In this document: piece after piece, positions 1 to 8,346 of the stretch | How positions within the stretch are numbered: position 1 is the stretch's first letter | Layout of the letters: the number at the start of each line of letters is the position of its first letter | From: Octopus sinensis | Taxonomy: Eukaryota | Direction of reading: 5' to 3' | Assembly (NCBI RefSeq): GCF_006345805.1 | Contig: NW_021826456.1 | Coordinates: 1-12,884 of the forward strand | Length of the DNA: 12,884 nt | Program-made: the position numbers and the translations under genes | Notes under the pieces: model-generated | The model's input: only the letters and a program-made list of their open reading frames with translations | What the model was told of the DNA's origin: nothing | Database searches by the model: none

Positions 1-111
1 TTTTAATCTTCGTCTCTTAATTGCAAACAATTAAATCAATTCATTTGTCTCTTCCTTTTTCACCCTCTTCTTTACTATCAATTTGTTTCTTCTCTCTCAA
101 AATTTTATCGT

Positions 112-225
112 TCTCACATACACGCACACACACACGCACACACACACATACACACACGCGTATATATATATATATATATATAATATATATATATACAAAG
201 AGAGAGATAGTGTGTGTATATAAAA
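112..225. repeat. Compound microsatellite (CA)n/(TA)n
   Basis: Direct reading: cacacacac... followed by tatatata... Confidence 0.95.
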
Positions 226-255
226 CATAAAAGATATATGTATATATAAAGATAT

Positions 256-382
256 AACAACATGGTTCCAGGTTCAGTCCTACTGCATGGCACCTTGGGC
301 AAGTGTCCTCTACGATAGCCTCGGGCCGACCAAAGCCTTGTGAGTGGATCTGTTAGACGGAAACGAAAAGAAGCCGGTCGTG

Positions 383-445
<63 letters not shown>

Positions 446-670
446 ATATGTATGTATGTATATGCTTGTGTGCCTGTGTTTGTCTCCGCACCATCGTCTG
501 ACAACAAATGTTTCCGTTTTTACATCCCGTAACTTAGCGGTTCGGCAATAGACACCCGACAGAGTGAGTACAAGGCTTGCAAAGAATAAGTCCCGGGATC
601 GATTTGTTCGACTAAAGGTAGTGCTCCAGCATGGCTGCAGTCAAATGACTGAAACAAATAAGAGAATGAA

Positions 671-672
<2 letters not shown>
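256..672 (+). mobile_element. tRNA-derived SINE, family A, 5'-truncated, with expanded internal (TA)n(TG)n
   Basis: Colinear with the reverse complement of 2033-2429 (catggttcc..ggttcagtcc..ggcaccttgggcaagtgtc..gccttgtgagtgga...gtaacttagcggttcggcaa...gtgctccagcatggc..gactgaaacaa). B-box-like ggttcagtcc is present; the A-box head is missing. Confidence 0.88.
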
Positions 673-673
<1 letters not shown>

Positions 674-742
<69 letters not shown>

Positions 743-748
743 TATATG
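674..748. repeat. Compound microsatellite (AC)n/(TA)n
   Basis: Direct reading. Confidence 0.95.
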
Positions 749-906
749 GGTACAGGACGTCACCCATATAAACAACATGAAATACGAAAACAAATGAGCT
801 AAATACGGAAACAACGAGAGAAAAATGGAAAACAGTAATATAAAGAATACAAAGAACAAGCCTTCATCAGTTGTCGGCTGTCTCTCTACTCCCCATTTCG
901 AACAAT
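749..906. mobile_element. Probable interspersed repeat fragment (unclassified, possibly Penelope-like end)
   Basis: Non-simple sequence bounded by (TA)n on both sides. The minus strand has cgaaa...ctgatgaagg, reminiscent of Penelope-like termini. There is no second copy in the window; the call rests on recollection only. Confidence 0.3.
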
Positions 907-957
907 ATATATATATATACAATGAGCTATATAAAACATATATATATATATATATTA

Positions 958-989
<32 letters not shown>

Positions 990-990
<1 letters not shown>

Positions 991-1116
991 ATCCATTTAC
1001 AAGGGGTTGTGGTCTGCTCAGAGCTACTATACAAGATAATTACCCAAAGCACCATGCAGTGGGATTGAATTTGGAGGCGTGTAGTTGAGAAACAAACTTC
1101 TTACCACTCAGCCATA
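990..1116 (-). mobile_element. SINE family A head fragment (diverged)
   Basis: Minus strand tggctgagtggtaagaagtttgtttctcaac...ttcaatcccactgcatggtgctttgggtaa aligns with the head of the 2033-2429 copy, including A/B-box-like motifs. Confidence 0.75.
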
Positions 1117-1124
1117 TCTGCTCC

Positions 1125-1395
1125 TATATCGGTGGCGTAGAGAGGTGAGACTAGTATACATGTGTGACTGCTGGTCTGCCACAAACAACTTTCTCTGGTC
1201 ACACTTTATCCATTATAATTGGTGGGTAAGCCCTACTACCTTCACACAGCGATCTCTCCTCTGCTGAATCGCAGATACTTTGCACTATGAGCTCCTTGCT
1301 CCTGGCAATGGTGTTTTTCCATCTCTTGGCACTGTAGCTGGTACGTCGTTTCCGTCCTTGACAGATTATTTCAACAATCTCCTGGTACTACTTTG

Positions 1396-1397
<2 letters not shown>
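1125..1397 (-). mobile_element. Fragment of HERO/NeSL-like REL non-LTR retrotransposon (second copy)
   Basis: Homologous to ~3175-3380 (shared ctcttgctcctggc..tggtgtttttccatctcttggc and ctggtcacacttta). Minus translation [12 protein letters not shown]...[18 protein letters not shown], with stops. Confidence 0.75.
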
Positions 1398-1478
<81 letters not shown>

Positions 1479-1503
1479 TATGCATGTATATATATATATA
1501 TGC

Positions 1504-1592
<89 letters not shown>
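1398..1592. repeat. Compound microsatellite (TA)n/(GA)n/(TA)n
   Basis: Direct reading. Confidence 0.95.
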
Positions 1593-1595
<3 letters not shown>

Positions 1596-1607
1596 GATGG
1601 ATAATGA

Positions 1608-1844
1608 TTCTTCCCGAGTAACATAGATAAATTGATTTCTGTGGCGAATATGTATTCCACCCATCCCACCCCGAACGGAAGGGCCGGTCCGTCACTAGGT
1701 TACTCATTTTTGTCAGTTGAGTGGACTGAAGCAACGCGAAATGTGGTGTTTTGGTCGGGAACACAACGCATCACCCAGTCCAGGGATCGAAACCACAATC
1801 TTCTGATCGCGAGTTCAACTCCCTAACCACTGAACCACGCACCT
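1608..1844 (-). mobile_element. tRNA-derived SINE, family C
   Basis: Minus strand aggtgcgtggttcagtggttaggg (A box)...gtggtttcgatccc (B box)...gcgttgtgttcccgaccaaaacac (CORE-like). The head aligns with 12092-12208. The 3' boundary is approximate. Confidence 0.8.
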
Positions 1845-1952
1845 ACACACATACACACACATACATGCATGCATACATACATTCATACATACATACATAC
1901 ATACATACATACATACATACATACATACATGCATACATACATACATACATAT
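1845..1952. repeat. (CATA)n microsatellite
   Basis: Direct reading. Confidence 0.95.
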
Positions 1953-2032
1953 ACTAAGACTGATTTGCGTACTTTACATTTGGGGGTGCTTTGAATAAAT
2001 AAGTAGCATGTTTTTAAGCAGAACACCATGTA

Positions 2033-2429
2033 TACTCTTTTTACTCTTTTACTTGTTTCAGTCATGTGACTGTGGCCATGTTGGAGCACCGCCTTTAGTC
2101 AAGCAAATCGACCCCAGGACTTATTCTTTGTAAACCTAGTACTTATTCTATCTATCTCTTTTGCCGAACCGCTAAGTTACGTGGACGTAAACACACCAGC
2201 ATCAGTTGTCAAGCGATGTTGGGTGGGGGGACAAACACAGACACACAAAAATATACACACACATACATATACATATATGCGACAGGCTTCTTTCAGTTTC
2301 CGTCTACCAAATCCACTCACAAGGCTTTGGTCGGCCCGAGGTTATAGTAAAAGACACTTGCTCAAGGTGCCACGCAGTGAGACTGAACCCGGAAGCATGT
2401 GGTTCGTAAGCAAGCTACTTACCACACAG
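2033..2429 (-). mobile_element. tRNA-derived SINE, family A, near full length
   Basis: Minus strand ctgtgtggtaagtagcttgc (A-box-like), gggttcagtctc (B-box-like), CORE-like ggcaccttgagcaagtgtc, internal (TA/TG) tract and an (AAAAGAGT)-type tail. Homologous to 256-672. Confidence 0.9.
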
Positions 2430-2467
2430 TTTGAATTAGTTTTCTCCTGCTGAATCACCTTCGGTCT

Positions 2468-3526
2468 TTATTTATTCAAGCGCAGCCACCTCGTGCTGAT
2501 TTCATCTGTCATGCCTATCTCGTTTGTTACTTTCTTCAGTTGCTTGGGTTTCACGTCAATTTACTGCAGGAAATAATACACCGATCCTCCTGGAAGGTCG
2601 CGACAGCCGACTTCATCCGTTGACCATGTCGGATAATTTGTTCTCTTTAGTTGGTAGGAAATGACCAATCTGTCCTCCCAAGGCACTGTAAGTTCAAACA
2701 CGATGATTATTCTTGCATTCCTGAAGAGCAGGAACATGTCTGGCTAGTATGCTATTACACTGGGAAGAGGAGTCAGTCCTTCAGGTTCACTTTCATCTCT
2801 CCCCTTTGAGGCTGCATGCAAATAAGAAAATAAGATCTTCCTGTTGCTTTCTTCTTAGGCGCCTTGTCACCATTCCATAGTATTCTGATACTTTTGGGTG
2901 GTATTAACTGCTATTTATTAGCTTTAACCGTTTACAGGTCTGTCCATTCCGCGACTTCAGCAAGGAACTCCACTTACCGTGCCTCTACCTGCATTGACTT
3001 TCACCCCGTACTGGACCAAAATGTGGTTTAGGTTGTAAAGAATCGTCCCACACTGCTAATATGATAGGGCTTTCTCTTTGTCCCATATTTAAAAGTTATT
3101 TGGGCTTGATAAGAGGTCAGCACACAGGAGAAGTATGATTTTCCTTGCTTAATACTCCAGAGTTCCTTCCAGAACAGTGTCTGGTCACACTTTATTCATT
3201 ACAGCTGGCGGACAAGCCTTCACTTAGCGATTCGCCACTGCTAGATCGAAGATCCTTTGCATTATGAGCGCCCTCTTGCTCCTGGCATCGGTGTTTTTCC
3301 ATCTCTTGGCGCTGTATTTGCCAGGTCCTAGCCATCCTTAACAGACTACTCCAACTATCACCTGGTAGCACCAGTATTTTTACGCTTCTTTCACAGCTTC
3401 CGGAGGATTCCACTTTCCATGACACATTACAGTCTTGTTGGCCTGTCTGGTTCTGTCATCCTCAGACAGAAGCAATGTGCTGATTTTTCTTGCCTATGTG
3501 GTTTTAAATTCCTCCACTGTTAAGGA
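2468..3526 (-). pseudogene. Decayed 3' part of ORF of a REL-endonuclease non-LTR retrotransposon (HERO/NeSL-like)
   Basis: Manual minus-strand translation with stops and frameshifts: SLTVEEFK..GKWNPPEAVKEA..WKELW..DLLSSPNN..QCG..NLNHIL (degenerate CCHC knuckle)..PDMFLLFRNARIIIVFELTVPWEDR..EVGCR..STRWLRLNK*. The PD..ELTVPWE..EVGCR pattern is the PD-(D/E)xK-type REL signature. Clade assignment is from motif memory. Confidence 0.82.
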
Positions 3527-3683
3527 AACTAGAAACATGTCGTTTGGCCCAAAGCTATAGTAAAAGAAATTGAAGTACTAAGCAAGGTACGACTCAATGT
3601 GATTGAATCCAGAAACATTTGTTTGGGATGCTAACTCTTTACCACTCACCCACGCCTGTACTTATATAAATACATACATACAT
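3527..3683. repeat. 157-bp segment duplicated at 8501-8657; contains a diverged SINE family A head on the minus strand (~3545-3658)
   Basis: Base-by-base comparison shows one mismatch (aactcttt vs aacttttt). Confidence 0.92.
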
Positions 3684-3872
3684 ACTTACATGCATACATA
3701 CAAAAATATATACATACATACATACTTACATGCATACATACATATATACATACATATACATTTCAGTATATATGAGCATGTCTAGATATGCAACTATAAA
3801 AATGAGAATATATGCATAAAACTGAACCAAGAAATGTGCACGTATACATGCATACATACATACATACATACA

Positions 3873-3906
<34 letters not shown>

Positions 3907-3990
3907 CACACACACACATATATACATACGTACATACATACATACAAACATGCATACACACACACGTACGTACATACACACATAGAAGCA
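3684..3990. repeat. (CATA)n-rich microsatellite tract enclosing a 98-bp non-simple insert
   Basis: Direct reading. Confidence 0.9.
3759..3856 (+). repeat. 98-bp copy of 6347-6444 (ORF end/3' UTR region of the R4-like element)
   Basis: Four mismatches over 98 bp against 6347-6444 (catttcag..atatgagcatgtctagatatgcaactataaaaatgagaata..gaaccaagaaatgtgcacgtatacatgcataca). Confidence 0.88.
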
Positions 3991-3992
3991 CA

Positions 3993-5647
3993 CATGATGG
4001 CTGCCCCCTCGTTATCGAGTATTGCCATTGCACGAAGCTTAACTGTTATTGGTGCTGTGATCGAATGTGACTTTTTAGCCCAGCTAAAGATCTACAATGT
4101 CTTGTACAGAATTGGCAACTTTACCGGTATTTGCGGACTGTAGTTGTAACTGGGATTCATGTACCTTTGCATGTCGTTTAAGTCCTCCTGTCGAATTACA
4201 CTCTCTTCGACATGCCCGACAGATATGATTAGTATGGTGTGTTACACCACCACCAGTGGCCAGGTTATCACTCATCTGTCTCGCTTTATGACTACAAAGA
4301 TGACTCTTGAGTCCAGCTTTACTGAGGCAAGGTCTTGCACAGACACTGCATGTCAGCATCATAGGAAGACCCTTCCCATCTGGAAGTGTAACAGAGATGC
4401 CCTTCCTGACATCCCTCCTTGCTTTCTTATGTGCCCGCGTGCACAATCCTTCTCCACCTGCTACGATCAATAGCTATGCCTTCCCATGTGTCAGGAGAGA
4501 TGCAAGCATCTCTTAAGGAAGCCTTCAGTAAGTCCTTATACCACTTTTATGGTTTATGTGGAGATCGTTCTCCTTTAGCTAACTCTCCATAAAAGAGTTG
4601 TTTTGGCATCCTTGAATCCTTCATTCTGACCAGATGACCACTCCACCTGAGCCTTTGCTTTAACACAAGAGCTTCTATACGTTCACACCGAAAGACTTCC
4701 AATATTTCAAGATCACTGATGCGGTCCTTCCACTTAATGCCATAGATCCGTCTGAGACACATCTGATGGAAACGTTCCAGTTGTTTAAGGTGGTATCGAT
4801 ATGAGACCCACGTCTCGCAGGCATAGAGAAGAGAAGGAAGTACACATGCCTTGTACTCCTTTATCTTTGTCTTTCTGCATATGTCTCGCCGACTCCAAAG
4901 GCACTTTTCTAGCCTTCTGAAAGCAACACTTGCTTTCCTAATTCTATATGGAATTTCATCATCCAAATTGCTATATCAATTAATAGTGCTTCCCAGGTAG
5001 ACAAACTGATCATCTACATCAAGTCGTTTACCATACACATAGATATTTGGTACACTATACTGCTTACCAGGGGCAGGTTGGTACATAACAACAGTTTTCT
5101 TGAGATTGACTGTCAATCCTAAGGCAGTGCAAGCATCAGAGAATGCATTCAAAATGTGTTGCATATCAATCTCTGTGTGTGCTACTAGCTCATAATCATC
5201 TGCATACAAAAGGTCTCTTATGATAGAGGTAAATACCTTTGTTCTTGCAGCAAAGCGCCTGATATTAAATATGCTGCCAGAGGTTCGATAATGGATGTAA
5301 ACACCGTATCTGCAGTTTCTGAATGCAATACAGAACACCATCGAAAAATATATGGCAAATAGGGTCGGTGCCAGAATATCTCCCTGTTTCACTCCATTTT
5401 GTATTGAAATGGGTTCCGACATTTTCCCTCAAACATTCACCATACCATTCATGTCTTGATGGAAAGGCCTAACCAAAGCAAAGAACTTTTCAGGACACCC
5501 AAGTTTCTGGAGGACTTTCCACAATGCTTTTCTATTGACGGTATCAAAGGCTTTTGTCAGATCGACAAAAACCTGATACAAATCCAGACCCTGTTCTACA
5601 CACTTCTCCTGAAGTTGTCTAGCTGAAAAGATCATATCAGCAGTACG
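3993..5647 (-). mobile_element. 5'-truncated RTE-clade LINE with short 3' UTR and (ATGT)n-like tail
   Basis: RT motifs TADMIFSARQLQEK, FVDLTKAFDTVNR, NGVKQGDILAPTLF and LLYADD (5195-5206), plus the RTE-typical LLYACETW, RLRWSGHLVRM..R.PKQLFYGEL and WE..A.DR..WR. The 3' UTR runs 4045-3993 into a TATG-type tract. Confidence 0.93.
4046..5647 (-). pseudogene. Disabled RTE ORF: reverse transcriptase domain, C-terminal region and three C2H2 fingers
   Basis: ORFs 5429..6001 (C-terminal part), 4976..5422 and 4547..4966 share one frame, separated by single in-frame stops at 5429, 4976 and 4547. Frameshifts occur near 4430 and 4120. The terminal TAA is at 4046-4048. Confidence 0.9.
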
Positions 5648-5779
5648 TACATACACACATACAAGCACACATACATGCATACATACATACATATATACAT
5701 CATACATGTACACATACATATATACATATATGCATGCATACACACGCGCATACAAACATACATACATGGACACATACAC

Positions 5780-5861
<82 letters not shown>

Positions 5862-5902
5862 GCATACATACATACATACATACATACATACATACATACA
5901 TA
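5648..5902. repeat. Compound microsatellite (CATA)n-(TAGA)20-(CATA)n
   Basis: Direct reading; pure TAGA run 5781-5860. Confidence 0.95.
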
Positions 5903-6556
5903 AACCCGAAGGCAAAGAAATAAGAACCCACAATATGGTAGAAGCCATAGCCACTCATGATAAAAAGGAATACTGGTGGAATGTCCCAGTGAAGACCTCA
6001 ATAAAATGTAAACACAACAGACCTGATATAATTATTTGGAATATTAGAAGAGAGTCTGTGCACAGTTGTGGAAATTAGCTGTTAACATAAAGATGTTAAC
6101 ATAAGTAGATGTTAACATAAAGCTGAAGATCCACGAAAAAGAGAGTACCTACGCTGAACTATTGAGAAATCTGCCGAAACTCCATCAAGATTACAAGTTC
6201 AGGTTCAGACCTGTAATTACTGGGGCACCGGTTATGTAAAATACTGCCTATATAGCAAAACCAGAAGGGAGAACTCTGATTCCAATACTACAAATCCAAA
6301 CCACTAGTGGAACTGTAAAAATCTGTAAAACTTGCCTCAAGTTTATCATTTCAGCATATATGAGCATGTCTAGATATGCAACTATAAAAATGAGAATACA
6401 TACATAAAACAGAACCAAGAAATGTGCACGTATACATGCATACAAACATACAAGAATACCCTGTTTTTGATGTTGAAATTCCAATGAAGGAACCTTGGGT
6501 CTAGATTATAAACCGGCACCTTCTCTATTGGCAAGAAATCTTGAAATGAAACTAAA
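5903..6556 (+). mobile_element. 3' portion of an R4/Dong-like REL non-LTR retrotransposon (decayed ORF end plus 3' UTR)
   Basis: Translation across frameshifts: YWWNVPVKTSIKCKHNRPDIIIW..CTVVEISC..DVNIKLKIHEKESTYAELLRNL..YKFRFRPVITGA.GYV..LQIQTTSGTVKICKTCLKF. This matches the HNRPDI..E.S/A.P.D.NI..KE.EK..Y..L..P.V.GALG pattern of R4-type REL domains. Downstream non-coding sequence recurs at 3759-3856 and, inverted, at 7290-7322. Confidence 0.78.
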
Positions 6557-6806
6557 TACATACATAAATACATACATACATACATACATTCACACATATG
6601 TACATACGTACATGCACACACACATACACATACATACACATATACATACACACACATACATACACACATACATACACATACACACATATACATACACACA
6701 CGTACATGCACACATAATTACATATATACATACACACATATATACATACATACATACATACATACATACATACATACATACATACATACATACATACATA
6801 CATACA
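6557..6806. repeat. (CATA/CACA)n microsatellite tract
   Basis: Direct reading. Confidence 0.93.
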
Positions 6807-7110
6807 TGGTGGTGGCTGCTCCTTCGTTATCGAGTATGGCTATTGCACGAAGCTTAATCATTGTTGTTATCGTGCAATGCTTGTGCAAGAAGATTTTTTT
6901 TAGAGTGAGGAAAGGCTGTGCACTGAGTCAATCCCACTCACTAAACTACAACAGCCATAATCCGAAAAGAAGAACAAGTCAACATCATCGGTAATCACTG
7001 AGCCGCAGGTTTTATGTCGGAGTTATCCCAGTTACCTAAGTTACCTTCTCCTAGAAGGATGCGCAAACAAAGGCTAGGAGTCCTTCACTCCCAATGGTTT
7101 AACCACGCAT
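6804..7110 (-). mobile_element. Short putative non-autonomous element sharing the RTE 3' terminus
   Basis: 6810-6856 matches the RTE 3' end (~3997-4042) with 4 mismatches in about 47 nt and is followed on the minus strand by (ATGT)n. The remainder does not align to the RTE ORF. The 5' boundary is uncertain. Confidence 0.5.
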
Positions 7111-7113
7111 ATG

Positions 7114-7322
7114 TATGTGTGTATGTATATATGTAATTATGTGTGTATGTATGTGTATATGTATATGTGTATGTATATTTATGTATGTGTGTATGTATGT
7201 ATGTACATATGTGTGTATGTGTGTATGTATGCATGTATATATGTATGCATGTATGTATGTATGTATGTATGTATTTATTTATTTATGTATTTAGTTTCAT
7301 TTCAAGATCTCTTGCCAATAGA
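7114..7322 (-). repeat. Inverted copy of 6524-6740
   Basis: The reverse complement gives tctattggcaagagatcttgaaatgaaactaaatacata (1 mismatch to 6524 onward) and shares the landmarks cacacatatgtacatac and cacacataattacatatatacatacacacata within the microsatellite. Confidence 0.85.
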
Positions 7323-7386
7323 ATCAACGGCCATCCAATAAATGTCTTGAGGCTGTATCATGCGCGGGGACATAGAAATAATAGGA

Positions 7387-7483
7387 CATACATACATACA
7401 TACATACATACATACATACATACATACATACATACATACATACATACATAGACAATCATACACACATACATACACACACCTGC

Positions 7484-7512
<29 letters not shown>
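7387..7512. repeat. (CATA)n/(TA)n microsatellite
   Basis: Direct reading. Confidence 0.93.
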
Positions 7513-7514
<2 letters not shown>

Positions 7515-7719
7515 AATATATGAAATAATGGAGTTGAACGACGAATTAACAAAATTCCTTTATACATACACATACATATATGCATATAAACATACATACA
7601 TACCTACAAACATAAATACACATACATGCACGCATAAGTGCATTATATGCATTCAAAGATTACACCTTGTAAATGAAAGTGGAAAGAGTACTCAGTACAT
7701 ACTGCAGAGCGTAAACCCT

Positions 7720-7786
7720 TTGTGTATGTGTGTGTGTGTGTGTGTGTGTATGTGTGTGTGTGTCTGTGTCTGTGTGTGTCTGTGTG
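7720..7786. repeat. (TG)n microsatellite
   Basis: Direct reading. Confidence 0.93.
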
Positions 7787-8116
7787 AATGTGCGTTCTCA
7801 TGCTTTCAGTGGAAAAATTCCTTTCTTACTGGGGATGTTCTACTTTGTTGTTATGAAACCAACACGTGACATGTCGAAACAAAATTTCCCCCACGTGACC
7901 TTAATCAAAGATGTCTACCAACAATTCGAAGGGTTAACCTTTCTTTCAAATTTAAAGTTTTACTTCATTCTTGTGATGAAGAATATTTTGCCTATCATCC
8001 ACTCATTCCCTCATCTCCTCCTTTCCAGCTGCAAGTTAAGGCCTAGAAATGATCAACAGTACATGCTAATTATACCATAACATCAAAATTTAAGTCCAAT
8101 ATTAAGCCTATATCAA

Positions 8117-8333
8117 GGTGCCGAGCTGGCAGAATCGTTAGCACGCCGGGCAAAATGCTGAGAAGCATTTCATCCGTCTTTACGTTCTGTGTTCAAATTC
8201 TGCCGCGGCCAGTTTCGCATTTAATCCTTTCGAGATCGATAAATAAGTATCACTTGGGCACTGGGGTCGATGTTATCGATTTAATCCCTCCCCTGAAATT
8301 GCTAGCCTTTTGTCAAAATTTGAAACCAACATG
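8117..8333 (+). mobile_element. tRNA-derived SINE, family B, copy 1
   Basis: A-box-like tggcagaatcg and B-box-like gttcaaattc (8191-8200). The body cactggggtcgatg..aaaatttgaaacc is repeated in the next copy, 230 bp downstream. Confidence 0.85.
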
Positions 8334-8346
8334 AAGCTAATATCAA

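Noticed and set aside
858-905. Hammerhead-ribozyme-like cores (CUGAUGA at 870-864 and GAAA at 899-896, minus strand)
   Set aside because: I could not build stems II and III or place a cleavage triplet. An Infernal/RNAMotif hammerhead search would settle it.
21-2089. Many ORFs rich in YI/HT/CV/VCMY repeats here and at 3603-4070, 5632-5958 and 6382-8080
   Set aside because: They are translations of (TA)n, (CA)n, (CATA)n and (TAGA)n microsatellites, which lack stops in some frames; there is no protein signal.
3192-3425. 77-aa minus ORF
   Set aside because: It is an alternative frame over the REL-element relic; the homologous frame is a different, stop-interrupted one.
4159-4516. Plus-strand ORFs of 104 and 69 aa
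   Set aside because: Antisense shadows of the RTE ORF.
8117-8200. tRNA-like heads (also 12092-12160, 1770-1844, 2370-2429) as tRNA genes
   Set aside because: A/B boxes are present but there is no complete cloverleaf, and each continues into a SINE body.
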